A DNA stretch of 64,000 bases, taken from the NCBI RefSeq assembly GCF_009914755.1, contig NC_060939.1. One strand, given 5' to 3'. The DNA comes from the human T2T-CHM13v2.0 reference genome, Homo sapiens. Both the position numbers and the translations under genes were made by a program. This document shows, piece by piece, positions 1-13,944 of this stretch. The notes under the pieces are model-generated. The model was not told where the DNA came from and ran no database searches. It saw only the letters and a program-made list of their open reading frames with translations. Within the stretch, counting starts at the first letter, position 1. Each line of letters begins with the position of its first letter.

Positions 1-559
1 AGTCGAATTATTACAACAATTCAGTTTCTATTCTTATAGGTGGCCATTCAAGGTGATTTGTGAGGAACTATCACTCTGGCTACAGTTCAATGACCATCCT
101 AAGCTATTCAAAAGCATTGAAGCCAAATTCAATGAAAAATTTAACCTCCTGTGGTGCTCTTGTCTTCCAAATACAGTATCAACAGAGACTTGGTACTTTT
201 CCACTGTGAGGTACATAAATGTCTTCTGTCTCAAAAAATAAATAAAAAGGTAAATTCTCTCACTATGGACTATTCAGTTTGTGTGGAAGATCATTAATGA
301 GACACTGTAAAATCTGTGGCCAGAGGTTACTGTTTACAGTAAAATTGAGGTTATATCTTCATAATATTTCATTAAGTTAATCACTGTGGAAAGGGTGACT
401 GTTTAATAACGACCATGTTTAATCACCTGGTCAGTTGAGGTCTGGATTGAATTGACAGATTTGACTACTTATTTATAGGTTTTGGACCTTTCTCTGGAGT
501 TAGGACACTAGGATAATGCAATATAGAATCAAAGGGGAGTTTAGAGATTAGCTAGATAG

Positions 560-740
560 AAATCTCAACTCTCACCTGTCAGCTCTGTGACCTTGGTTAT
601 ATAACATCTCTGATAAATTATAGAACTTCTATAATAGACGGAGATCAAGCAGATCATATATGAATTAAATGAAATAATATATGTAAATCATCTATCATGT
701 ACAGCATATTTTAAGTGCTCAATCAATGATGTTTATGGTT
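560..740 (+). mobile_element. MIR SINE, decayed
   Basis: agctctgtgaccttgg core and tail gaattaaatgaaataatatatgtaaa...aagtgctcaatcaatg resemble the MIR consensus. Confidence 0.7.
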
Positions 741-2254
741 GTTTTTAGGGAGGATTATAATTGGAGAAAGGTTAAACTTGTTAAAGTATGGGCCTATGTA
801 GAATTTTTCAGGTAAAGGGATTTGAACCCAAAAAAGTTAGTAGAAAACCTTGGGGGGAGAAGGGAAAGAAGCTGTAAAAATGTCAGATTTATTTAGCACC
901 TACTATGCTTTGGACACTGTAGTAGGCATGTGGTTGAAGAGAAAGCTATATAAGAGGACATAAGAACATCAAAATTAATATTTACCTGATTATAGTTCTT
1001 CCCAATTCCTTTGCAAAACTTTCTGCCTCTGAAAAGAATCTGAGTTGCAATTTAAAAGTTGTTTGCTAATTTGTGGCCTGGATTACAAAACCAGTTCCAA
1101 TCATTGTAGATACCTAGTATATTTTGTTGAAAGTATGCTACTAAGGAAAAATAATGAACTATTTATTGTCTTCTCCTTTTTGCTCTTATGAATTTTGAAA
1201 ATTTGATGTGATTAACAGTTTCCACATGTGTCCTTCTATATATTTCTTTCTTTGAGAAAGTGAACCCTTGAAGGTGTACTTCGTATAGCGAGGGTCTAAC
1301 ATATTGTCATTACATAGTTGTGCATGGTGACAAATTTGGAATTAATCAATGAGTGAGTGAGAGTCAGTTAAATAAGTAAACCTTCAGGTTAAGATCAGTG
1401 GTTTAGTGAGCAGGGTCAAAAGCATATTTGCCAGACACATCAATGTCACTCTGCCAAGTTCTGAAATGCATAAAATATTATATTATAAAAATGATTACTA
1501 TCAAATATAGGGAGGTTCTGGTAAAAAATGCTGTGTACATTATTTGCTGATGGCATTATAAATTGAGAAGCCCTTTAGAAAGCCACAGATATATTTATAT
1601 GCATGGCATTATATATTCTTTTATGAAAACATTCGAATAGACCATAATAAGCTAAAAATTAAAAATATTTTATTTTAATCAATATTAATAGCAAAAAGTT
1701 AGAGATACAAGTCCAGCAAAGTAATTATTTTATGTTATAGTTTATCAGCAAATATACTGCAACAATATAAATATAGCATGCATGCATAGGTCATATGCAT
1801 AAATAAAAATAGTAGTTGGATAAGTGACTTTTGCATTTGAACAACATTTATTTATTTTGCCTTTCAGTTACACTTCTAAAATTATCCCATTTTAATGTCA
1901 TCAATAGATAATGTAGACACAACTGTACCTTTTCTTCTGATAATTCAGTATCTTTAAAGGCTCTTCATTAGTTTCCTTCATTTCAACATCCTTACACTAA
2001 AATTTTGGAATACATGGATGACTGGGTTAAGTGGGTATGATATTATTAACCTCAAGCCACATGCCTTGAAGGTTGTTTTAACAAATAAATATCCAATATG
2101 TATTAATGTTCATATATAGTTCCTTTTACTTACTGAAAATCAATATAAGGTAAAAAGTCAAAGGCCAACATGTATATGTGTCTTTTTTGGCACGCATATG
2201 GAATCTGTTGGCAGCACAATATAATGAAAAAGAACTCATGGCCAACAGGTTGGT

Positions 2255-2375
2255 CGTGTTGATTTTACAGATGAGAGAACCCTGGGAGACAGAGAAATGA
2301 AGTGGTTTGGACAGGGTTACAATACCAGTTGAAGGCAGAGCCAGGATTAGCATTTACAGGTTCTGAGTAAGTTCA
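2255..2375 (-). mobile_element. MIR SINE core
   Basis: attttacagatgagagaacc...gacagagaaatgaagtggtttg...ggcagagccaggatt is the reverse MIR core. Confidence 0.7.
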
Positions 2376-3414
2376 AAACTTTTTTATTCACCCCTTAGGC
2401 AGAATGCTTTTCCCATCACCCTGAAATGAACTATCAGCTTCCTTCCAGCCTCAGAGCCCGTGAAGATTTTTCTCTACCTGCAGCGTCGCATTTGCACTAC
2501 ATTTCCATGTCTAAGGAAAACAGTAGCTTCCATCCTAGCCAGCAGTTACTATGTTGTGCACAATTACGCAGACATAATAAATGCATGGTTCTCGGGTGGT
2601 CATGTGTGCATGTTCTGATTGGCTGCATCTTCTCAAAATCAGGAATTCTGCTCCTCAGCTCTACAGTATGAATGTGTTCACTTAGCCAACGGCATTCCTA
2701 TCTGTCACAACAGCATTCCTGCAGCCCTCTCCCCACCATCCACAGGCCGAAATCCTGGTCACAGCAAGCTGCTCCCACTGGGGTAGCTTCCAAAAACCAA
2801 CAAAAGCAAATTAGTGTTCCTGGTTTGCTTCAGAAACAAACAGCAAAGAAGCCTCTCCAAAAATGCCTTAAAAAACAAATAAGAGAGAGAAAAAATAACT
2901 TCAAGGGAAAACCTACCACTACTCATGAAGGAGGCTCCAGGAGAAAACTTCAAAAAAGATAAATGGTTGCTGAGGACTGTTTGCCCATTAGCCTGTGGTG
3001 GGCAATTAGGCAGCAGTGGAAGAGAGAAGGAATGGCTCAATTCACTTGAGGGTCCTAGGGAGCCAGCCTTGAAAGAATTTTAAAAAGAATACAGTCACTT
3101 GATTTAATTAATATGATGAAATGAACATTGATTATATTTAATCTCTCCATTGACTTGCAGTTTTCCCATCATTTATACATGGCTTCCTCCTTTGCTCCAT
3201 TTGTGCTTGACCTTCTTATTTCCTCCTCTGTGCCACTATGGTAAAGAAGCCCTCCTGCTATATCTCCCATTTACAATGCGGTGAGAGAATTTCTGGGTTT
3301 TAAAAAATCATGAGGGCAGTAGGCAATTGTCAGTCAGAAAACTCTTCTGAGTCTCTTTGGAAAACCATTATTTTATTACCCTTTTCCAATAATACTGACC
3401 TAGAAACCTAGACA

Positions 3415-3530
3415 GTAAATATTAACTGAGAACCTATTTATGAATCAGGCACAAGTCTAGCCATCATGGGAGGTCCAAGTCTAAGTAGTGCTTTGTCCTT
3501 GTGCTCAAGAATTTCATGGTTTGAGAAGAG
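3415..3530 (-). mobile_element. L2 3' end fragment
   Basis: taaatattaactgagaacctattt...caggcac...gtccttgtgctcaagaatttcatggt. Confidence 0.55.
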
Positions 3531-3671
3531 GATGTGAAGATTTGCTGGTAAGGTTCCAATTTAGCAAATCTGCCTGGCTACCCTATTTGTCTTTCCTCCT
3601 CTTCTGGCTCCTTGCACCTAGGCCATATTTTTCATGAAAAAGGCAGTCCTCTAAGAGAAAAGGGCTCTAAA

Positions 3672-3844
3672 TTGTGGCTCCCAAACATGGGTCCTTGGAG
3701 CAGTACCTCCAGAATAACCACTGTGCTTTCTGAAACTACTTCATCTAGTACGAGATCAGAGTACCCTGGGGAGAGGACTAAGATGTCCATTTTACAGATG
3801 CCTTCTAGGGAATTCTGGTACTTCACCAGGTTGGGAAATCAACA
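3672..3844. mobile_element. MER5-type hAT-Charlie MITE
   Basis: Degenerate TIRs gtggctcccaaac / ggttgggaaatca, ~175 bp, MER5A-like internal sequence. Confidence 0.7.
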
Positions 3845-3904
3845 TCAGAGGTACCAATAATGGACAGGAGGGAGTGACTGTGGAAACAGGTACAGTAGCC
3901 ACTG

Positions 3905-3905
3905 G

Positions 3906-3958
<53 letters not shown>
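3905..3958. repeat. (GC)4(AC)~23 microsatellite
   Basis: Read directly. Confidence 0.97.
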
Positions 3959-3960
<2 letters not shown>

Positions 3961-3961
3961 C

Positions 3962-4222
3962 TGTAACGGTTAAAGACTTTCAGCTGTGGAGTCAGATTAC
4001 CCAGGTTTAAATCCTGTCTCTGCCACTTAGAGCTGTGAGATTTGGGGCTTGTTTTAAAACCAACTGGTCTTTAGTTTCCACATTTTTTTTAAATGAGAAA
4101 AATAATATGACCCACCTCATGGGATTATTATACTGATTAAATTAGTTAACGTATTAAAACCATTTAGAATGGTGCTAGAGATACAGAAAATACCGAATAA
4201 GTATTACCTATCTTTATTATCA
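3962..4222 (+). mobile_element. MIR SINE, near full length
   Basis: ggagtcagattacccaggtttaaatcctgtctctgccactt...cctcatgggattatt...ttaaattagttaa. Confidence 0.85.
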
Positions 4223-6400
4223 CTATAATAAGGAAGTTTATGCTTAGAGTCTTAGGAAAATACAGGTGAGATATATCTTCTCTATTTAGTCCTCTATATT
4301 AAATAAAGCATTAAAAACCTGCTGATACAAGAGACCTTCTAAATACTAGGTGATTTTTGAATCGTGTTTCAGAAGAGGCTTGTAGGCTGTTTTGTGTTTT
4401 CTGTGTTCAGCAGATGGTAGTAACTAGCCACTACCCTCATCATTACACTATACTGCTATACATTCTATTGCTTTCCATTTCTTCAATATAAAGATCTCAG
4501 GAACAATGAAAATTATAAAGCATAGAAGAACATTAAACAGTTTTTAAATCCCATTAATTGTCCATTTCTCATCATGGTCTTAAGTGAGCCCCAAAGTAAT
4601 AATGTTCAATTATATTTGAGTCAATCAAAAATATTAATATTTCTTCTTATCATTGGGCAGAAGTTGGTATTCTCATTCCAGGACGGTTTCTGACTACCAG
4701 ATTGGTCTTGGGCATGTCCTATAACATCTTTGGGCTTAGTATTTTCACTGATAAATAAGATTGGGTTGACCTCTTGGGATAACTAGAGTCCCTCATACTG
4801 CCTGTGGTTTCTTTCACTCTGCTGTTTGTCCAAATTTGAGTAACAATAAAGGAAGAATTTTCACTAATAAGAAGGAGTCCAGTTTCAGGATGTCAGCTGG
4901 ACCACATGCATAGCTTGTAGATCTCTCCTTTTTACTCTTTGAGATATTCTTTGTTTTCTGCAATAGCTAGACCCAAGGCCATTCCATTATTTCTAATAGG
5001 TAGGATAATCTCATGTTTCAAAAGTATCAACTATATATAGTATAGTTCAATAAAATAATACATGGGGAATAAAATATTCAATAAAATATTAGTACATGGG
5101 GAAATATTTCCATGATAATAAAAGATTGAGACATGCCATGTTAAATTTAAACTGGTTCTTTTTTTATCTACTTAGAATCTGCAACACGTGAATGTACACT
5201 GAATTACCAATAAGAGAATATAGTATAAAATGCTTCCAAAATATTTTGGTCATGGAACCCTAACTTTCAAGAAATATTCCATGGGATCAACATTTCAAAG
5301 AGTACAGTTTTGCAAATGCTAGAGGAGTTTTGACCATTTTTGACTTTCTAAACAAGTATCAACCATCCAATAATCCAGTTTTCTACCTGAAGTTCAGTGA
5401 AAAGTAATGCCCAAAGAATCATTTATCAAAAATGGCAGATTGAAAAACTTTATATTAATTTATTCACTGCTACGCTGTAACATATTCCACTGTTTCAGTT
5501 CAGAGATCTCAAGAGTAATGTAAATTTTCTGAATATTTCATTTAAGAATGTATACAAATGTCAGATGTGAGGAAGAAATCTTAAGCTGAAATCATTCCCT
5601 GGTCCCCGTCGCCTCTCCAGGTCTGCTGTGTTGATCCTCAGCAATGCTCGTATGCCAAACAAGGCTTAACTTCCTTGTTTCTAAGGAAGTTTCTCAAATG
5701 TTGCCAATCCTAACTTAGTCTTTATGTATAAAAAGGAAAATATTGAAATTCTTATGAATGCTTTTGATTCATTGGGCCAAAGGAGCAATTGCCAAGGGCC
5801 TATCAAGCCCTTAAAGTGGAATGACCAGCAGTTCTTGTACCAGTGTGAATGTTAGGTTTTTGTCCTAAATAAAAGAAAACTACTACATTCTCTTCTTAAA
5901 AAGGGAGTGGGATAAAGAAAATGATATAAGAAGTCTTTACTTCCAATAGATGTCCTATTTCTGGAAAGATGTTAGGCCTTTTACCCAATGACCTACCCTT
6001 TAAGTTTCAAACTTCAGTTTTTAAAAATATGTTTAACTGATTAAATCCCATACCATTTTCTTAAAATAAAGGGACTTTTCACTAGCTTTTACTGTATGTC
6101 GACTTTAGTGGAACCCTGAATGGGTTCAAATAATAATTCATCCAAGCCAAGATTTCTTTTTCTGCACATTTCTGTTTCTATTTTGAGGCCAGGGGAACAC
6201 ACAAAAGAAGGTGGGGTTTCTGGAAGTCATCATAAATAAATAGAGGTTGTTATATGACCTCCCTTTCTTAGAAGATACAAGCTGTGATATTTTTTAGGAT
6301 AGGTATACTTGGCCATGTGATATTTCTTTGATCAAGTTACGTGCCCAAACCAGAATTGCTCTATTTTTTTTTTAAGACATCTATTTAGAAATCCAAGCCG

Positions 6401-6863
<463 letters not shown>

Positions 6864-6889
6864 TCAATGCTCATATATTGGCTGATAAT

Positions 6890-7285
6890 TTTTTTAAAGT
6901 AACACATGTATATAATTAGAAATTTTAAATTGTACATAAGTACAAAATAAATTATAAATATCTTGCTACTGTACCCTCTGTAGAGGTAACTGCTACTAAC
7001 AGTTTTGTGTGTGTGATGCCTAATGATGCCAGTAATAATATAATAATGATTGCCATCATCTATCTATACTCTCTCTCTATTTTTTATCTTTCAGTTTGAA
7101 AGTCGTTCAAATTTACAGTTTTCTGAAAAAAATTATATAGCATGCGTACACTTGTATACCTGGCCATTTTCACATAACTGTATAGCTTGCATCTCTTTCC
7201 ATACTAATAATTATGGATTTACTTCATTCTCTTTAATGGCTACATGATGTTCTGCTATAAGATCTATCATAAATTAATCAATGGG
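6890..7285 (-). mobile_element. Old L1 (L1ME-type) 3' fragment
   Basis: agaggtaactgctactaacagttttg and ttcattctctttaatggctacatgatgttc are typical reverse L1ME 3' motifs. Confidence 0.6.
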
Positions 7286-8679
7286 GACAGTTTATAAAGC
7301 TACTTTATACACAAAATGAGGATATATTTTCCTGGTCTTGTTTTAGTCCATTGCTAATACAAAGCAGTATATTTCCAATAATGTATTTCCTTTTATTAAA
7401 GTACAAATATATCCTTTAGATGCATGATCCTAAACTGACAGTTTTTTGAAATGTCTGTAGCCTGAGTATCCTGTGGCATAAATAATAATTAGACACTATC
7501 TGAAAGTCAGAAGTGTCAGTTATTCTCCAAGGCCATATTTATATAAGATTTGGAATCAAAAATTTAAAATTCTGTCATGACCTTTTATCAAAGAGGAAAA
7601 CATTTGGCCAAATTTACTTATAATCACAACTTAATATTGTAATCTTACTGTCAAGAAGGTTAGACTAGGAAAGGAAAGAAAAGAAACAGATAATTATTAA
7701 GTGGGTTTTATGTGCCAAGGATTGGGTTAGATGGTAACATACGTTACCTTTAATTAAAGGAGTATCATTATTGATTATTTAATAATTAGCTCTCCTGAAG
7801 TTATTTCCAACCACCGTGACATAAATACTGCAGACAGTCAAGTCTTTATTACTCCCTTAAATGTCCTCCTATTGTAACAATTCTGCCCTTATGAATGATA
7901 ATGAAAACTGCTAAGAAGGAGATAATGTTAAGGAGGCCAGGATGGACTGAGATTCTTTCTGATATTAACAATAAACTGACAGGTCACCCACAAAAATGTA
8001 AAAGGTACATTAAAATTAAGTAATTCACCCAATCCCCAGCAAATTTCAGTGATAGCCTTGAGAATAATTGTGGTCACCAGCTACAAAGCTTAGGAAAAAT
8101 TTAGGACATATGCAAGGATAATTAAGAAATAGGCAAATTAAAATTGAAATGATGACTTATGACAATGGCAGTGCATCTCTTCACTGACTGCTATTGGGTG
8201 GTATCTATTCCCTCATCACTTTGTTGTGTATACCTGTGAGAAACCTTTGAGAAATTTCACTTCAGACAGTAAGAAAGAGGTTAATGAGTCAGACCTTTCT
8301 GCTTTTCCCAACTGCTATTTTATCTCTGACGGTGACGTTCTCACCTGAAATTTGGCGAGTGGGTGATTACGAGCATGACGTATTGAGCACAGGAAGAATT
8401 CAATAAATGATTGCTATTGTTAGGATGATCACTATTACTACAATTTTAGTTACGGCAATTCAAGCATTTCCAGCTTCTCTTAATAATAAAACTATCAATT
8501 ATCCACTTTCTGTAATTCTATTTCCTTTTAAGTCTATACTGTTTCTCAAAGCAACACATTTTCTCTTTGCTGTCCAAAACATAAAGTAGCATTTCCTTTC
8601 TTTTTGCATGTCTTAATGACATGACACCTCCTTGTTATCTCTTTTCCGATGAGAGGAAGGTGACTGTATGACTATCATG

Positions 8680-8860
8680 ATATAGAGGCGTGGAAAGAGT
8701 GTGGCATGAGGTGTCAGGAAGATGTGGATTCAAATCTTTTCCTGCCTCTGCTGTTAGATGAATAGCAGTTCCTGAGGCTGTGAAGGTTAAGTGACGTTAC
8801 ACATGTAAAGCAGGTAACAGAGTGCCTGGCAGATAACACATAGTCAGGAAATCGTATTTT
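8680..8860 (+). mobile_element. MIR SINE, internally deleted
   Basis: ggattcaaatc head and acatgtaaagcag...agagtgcctggcaga tail. Confidence 0.7.
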
Positions 8861-8944
8861 TCTACTCTAGCACTATTCCTGTCTCATATATTCTTCCTTT
8901 CCCTCCTTTTTGGACCCCGCATAAGGGATCCGTTAGTTCTGGAG

Positions 8945-9317
8945 AAGCGCTATCCAAGAGAACTTTCTGAAGTGTTGGCAATGTTCTTACCTATGTAGCC
9001 ATTAGCCATGTATGGCTATTTAAATTTAAATTCAACTTAAACAGAATTACATTACATTTAAATTTCAGTTCCTCAGTTACATTTCTAGTGCTCAATAGCC
9101 ATGTGGCTAGTGGCTGTGTATTTTGGACCGCACAAATACAGAATACTTCCATCACTGCATGAAGTTCTGTTGGACAGCATTGCTCTTAAACAATAGGTTA
9201 CAAATGAGGTTTAGTGTGGCTACAGAGGTGAATTTTTACATTTTATTCATTTTAATTAATCATAACCTAAATTGAAATAACCACAGATGACCAGCGCTAC
9301 CACATTGGACAGCACAG
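8945..9317. mobile_element. Two MER3 hAT-Charlie MITEs: a - copy (~8993-9182) inside a + copy (8945-8992 and ~9205-9317)
   Basis: MER3 start gcgctatccaagagaactttctg, reverse copy ending gaagttctgttggacagcattg, MER3 end ctaccacattggacagcacag. Confidence 0.8.
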
Positions 9318-12300
9318 TTCTAGAGTGTGCCACAACTGCCTTGGAGGTTTTAATTGGCATTTTACAGTTTTATCTGAAGCCAGTGATTCTGAGGAGTGGG
9401 TGGATGATTCTGCAACTCCAAGTATTTGTAATGCGTTTTGGTTCCCTCTCCTCCACTATGACTAGGCTAAATCAACCCAAATCTGATGGTCTTACATGCT
9501 TAGCTATCCCCAGGTTTTTGATTTGAAAACTCTTATATATCCCATTGGATTTTACTAGCCTTACTTATTTTATTTTACTACAAAATCAATAAAAGACGTT
9601 TTGTGGTGTGCCTGACATTGTTTGGTGAATGACAAGGTTTGGAGGAAGTAAATGGGAAAATGACAGCCTGTAGCAGAAGGTCTTAACCACAGAGACTCAA
9701 CACATTGAGGTGCTGTGATCATTTCTGAGGTGTGTGGCGAGTAATTTGTTGCTATTGATAAAGTGTCAACATTTGCAAATTATTCCCTCTTTTTATTTTA
9801 AGAAATTAAAAGTGTTGACCACTGAGATAATAATGGTCCATTCTTCATTTACGTTTTGGTATGCTCACTTGAATGAGAAAGGTGATGTGGAGTTGCGTCT
9901 GGCATGCTGGTGGTGGCTCGCAGACCTGGGCTCATTTATGAGATTGGGTCATTGATCAGAATGTCATCCATGTGTGTCAGCATGGAGAAAACTGTTAAAA
10001 GCACCATGAGCAATAAGATGTCAAGCAATACATTATACTGATGCCTGGTCATGGAGACTAACCATATCTCTCTCACTGCCTGAATCTTGTTTAAAAAATT
10101 AGATGGCAGTGATTTAGTAATTAGACTGTTTAAGTGTAAAAAGTACGACTTAAACGTGTTTTCAAGGTGATACAGGGTCAAGGATTCGTCTTGTTGACAG
10201 AGAGAAGGGAAAGGTGATGCAGTGGAAGGGGTATTAGCGGGGATTAGGACAAAGTGGAAAAGCACAGTCTGGAAGGCTTCACAAGCAAAGAGAGATTTAA
10301 ACATTTAATGGAAAAGGAGGAAAAGGTCACACAAAGACATCTCTGAAGGTCAGGAAGTAATATAATAATGCTAACAGCATGCAGAATGATTATTTAACTG
10401 AGTTCCGTGAATGTGTTCAGGTTTTTGTTTGTAGATTCTGAAGACACTTGTGTTTAGAATACACATAATGAGGGAATTTGGCATCTGTTCTTGTCTGCTT
10501 CCTTTACTTTACTTATGGGCAGAAGAAAATTGTTATGCCACGTTAGAAATTCTCTTTGGACTCTCTAATCTTTCTGCCCTGATACAAATAAATAACCATC
10601 TACAAAAAAATGTTTTATCCTGAGGGAAATTGTGATCACTTCTAATTCACCTTGTTATTAAGTAAACTTAAAAATTGTTGTTAAGGTATAAATCAGAAGA
10701 TGTATACCTGTACTTACCAGTTTTCTTAGGATAGAGTCTGAGTTTATTCTAGAAAATGGCAGATGGGCACAAAGACCACATCAGAACTTCTTACTGTTGG
10801 AGAAGAGTGAGTTTGGCTAATATAGTATCATCTGCACATTTAGTTTGTTCTTTCTTTGCTGACAGTTACATGGATTTAAAAGCCTATTAAGAATGAGCAT
10901 GATCTGTCTATAAGCAGTGGAAGCACATGATCTGATGACTGTTTTATAAACAGACCTAAGCTTCATTCTAGACAGAAATAGATTTTCACTTATTTTGAGG
11001 CTAATTATAAATTGGAATGGTATTCTTTTTGATGGACAATTCAATTGCATTTAAATTCAAACAAACATCTGCTGTTTATACTTTATATCGTGCAATCTAC
11101 CTGAATCTAAACAGAAGCTATTAAAGATCTGTGGCTAGAGAATCTTTGTTCTCTGAAGACTTTAACGGAAAAAAGAGCATTCTCTAAACTCTCATTATTG
11201 GAACCAGGTTATAGTTGCCCTTGAACATCAAGGATGCTTTTCTTTGTCCACAGATATATTAAAGGGGGTTGTGCACAGTTACCACAAACACATTTTGCTA
11301 CACAGGGATCTGTTAAAACTGTTGGGCATTTTTCAAATAATGTATGTGTTTTAAATGAGTAACACAAATATGCTATTAATATATTTTTGTTCAGATACTG
11401 TTTTATATATGAATTTAGCTCATATATATTTACAAGAACATTTAAATTCATAGATGTATTAATTCTGTTAATACAGGAATTCATTCATAGCTACATCTGA
11501 TATATATGAGACACATATTCATACATGGTAATATTTATGGAGAGATGGACATGCATATATATGTATATAATAAATCAGTTTCACAAAATTTCAAAACTGA
11601 TGGGAAATAATTAGCTACGGCTTCTACTTTTGGATGTTATTCTTTATTCTAAACAAATCTTGCTCACCTATAGAACACTTGATAATATTATAGATTACAT
11701 GGGGACTAAGTACTCACGTGTTGCCAAATGCTTGAAGAATGTTTGTGGTTTTCACCTGAGAAGCATGTGAAGTACTGTGACAGAGAGGTCGAGGAGCAGT
11801 GCCCAAGGATCATTACAAAGCTGTGGTCAAAGACATATAATATTTATAAGTGTTAATTTTTAAAATTATAGAATCAGACAACTGGCATTTTCCTCACAAG
11901 TATTTAGGCTAAATTTGTAAAATGACAGGCAGTTCTTATGGGATGATACTCGGTCTAAATTAGTCCTGATATGTAACTTACAACTTTGAAGAGGCAACTG
12001 ATACTATTGAATGGTTCTTTTTTTCTTTTAAAAATACTACTAGGATGATATACCTTGTTATTTGAGAAGATTTTCATGTTAAATCTGCATAAAATTATAA
12101 AAACATTTTTCATGAGCATGTAGCTTTAAGTAACACTTCAAGTTCTTCACATTATTAAAGTATTTATTTACTAATTATTTGTTTGACAGACTGTGGTTTT
12201 GAAGCAGCAAAATGTGTAATCTATGTTAACTCAAATTAAAGATTCAAAAACAAACATACGCACAAGCATAGATAATACTTGGTAGTATATTTAAAGCCGT

Positions 12301-12801
12301 TTGCCAATGTATCCCTTCACAAAAGAAAATATAACATTATACATGTTACACATCCCAGAATATGCGTAATAGCATAACCAGAACGTATTCTTTTCCAAGC
12401 CAATTTAAGAGGAAGCCAAATTGTAATCAGAAATTTGCTTTAAAAGGTGAAATTGAAGTCAAAGAAATTGCTGCTTTCTGAAAAATGTTTCTTAAGAAAA
12501 TAATATGCAATACACAAGAAAAACAAAGAGTCAGTTCCTTAATTTTCAAAGAGCTTGTAGAAATCAATAAGAAAAAACCTAATACATCAATGGAAAAATG
12601 GACAAAAAAGATAAATACTTGAAAAATACAAACAATTCACATAAGTTCAAATGACCAGTAGATATATAAAAAATATTAAACATCAAATATAATTAAAGAG
12701 ATGAAAATCAGAATAAGATGCAATTTTTAATCTATGAGTTTGGCAAAAAAAATTAGAAATTTGCTAATACTTCTCATTGGTTAGGATGTGAAGAAAGAAG
12801 C

Positions 12802-13113
12802 TGCAATGATCTGAATATTTGTGTCCCCCTAAATTCATTTCTTGAAATCCTGACCCGCAGATAATGGTATTAGAAAGTGGGAACTTTGGGAAGTGATTAG
12901 GTCATGAGACCCAGAAGATACCTCTTCCATATAAAAACACAGCAATAAGGCACCCTCTACAGTCTAAGAGGCAGCAGGCCCTCACCAGACCTGAATCTGC
13001 CTGGACCTTGATTTGGACTTCTCAGCCTCTGAAGATGTGAGAAATCATTCCTGTTGTTTATAAGTCATCCCGTGTATGGTATTTTGTTATAGCAGCCCAA
13101 ATAGACTAAGACA
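12802..13113 (+). mobile_element. MLT1A-type MaLR solo LTR
   Basis: tgcaatgatctgaatatttgtgtcccc...ttgttatagcagcccaaatagactaagaca; TG..CA ends; perfect 5-bp TSD gaagc (12797-12801 / 13114-13118). Confidence 0.92.
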
Positions 13114-13473
13114 GAAGCCATGTCAGACATTATGAATGGAGCTATAAATTGGCACAATGTTTCTGAAGGAAATTGGCATGATTAATCAATATTTTAAATT
13201 TGTAGTACCATTAACCCAACAACCTCACAGCTCAGGATTTACCCCAGTAACACACTTGCAAAAGTTTTCTAAGATATTTGAACCAGGTATACCTTGTAAT
13301 AGCAAACAACTGGAAAACAAAACAGTTCCTTTCAACAGGAAACTGTAGGGAAATTAAGTTTTAATGTATTGAACAAAATACTCTGCATCTGTGAAAAGAA
13401 TGGGTTAGCTGTTGGTGCTGATGTAGAAAGAGTTCTAAGATGTATTAAGTGAAATACAAACCACGCGTGCACG

Positions 13474-13502
13474 GGTGTGTGTGTGTGTGTGTGTGTGTGT
13501 GT
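13474..13502. repeat. (TG)n microsatellite
   Basis: Read directly. Confidence 0.95.
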
Positions 13503-13773
13503 TTAATCCTCTGGGAGTATATGTAATAGTCATATGTATTTTACTAAAAAATACAGACAAAATTATAGGCAGTGTGAGATGTTTAGCTTTCATTTTACAC
13601 CTTCCTATACTATTTGAAAAATGTTATGCCATTTTTCTGGATTTCACTTAATTAAAGTTAAATATATTAAAAATATATATATTTAAATATGTTGTGCATA
13701 TGTGTATATGTTTGTATATACACATACACACAAATACATGCATATACACACACCCCTGCTTCCTGCTTGCATG

Positions 13774-13775
13774 TA

Positions 13776-13818
<43 letters not shown>
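13774..13818. repeat. (CA)n microsatellite
   Basis: Read directly. Confidence 0.95.
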
Positions 13819-13820
<2 letters not shown>

Positions 13821-13944
13821 TTATAAAGTATCCCTTAGCTAAATAACCTGAAGGGCTCCTCTCCGCTATAAGGAAGGTATCACTTTGAAGTCTATATTAG
13901 TGGAAATTTTGTTTTCTGAGCACTTCTTGATTGGGTCACTGACT

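Larger units (their letters stand above)
12520..13660 (+). mobile_element. Old L1 (L1ME/MC-type) 3' region, split by MLT1A
   Basis: aaatcaataagaaaaa...aatggacaaaa...ggatgtgaagaaa, resuming with tataaattggcacaatgtttctgaagg. Confidence 0.75.
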
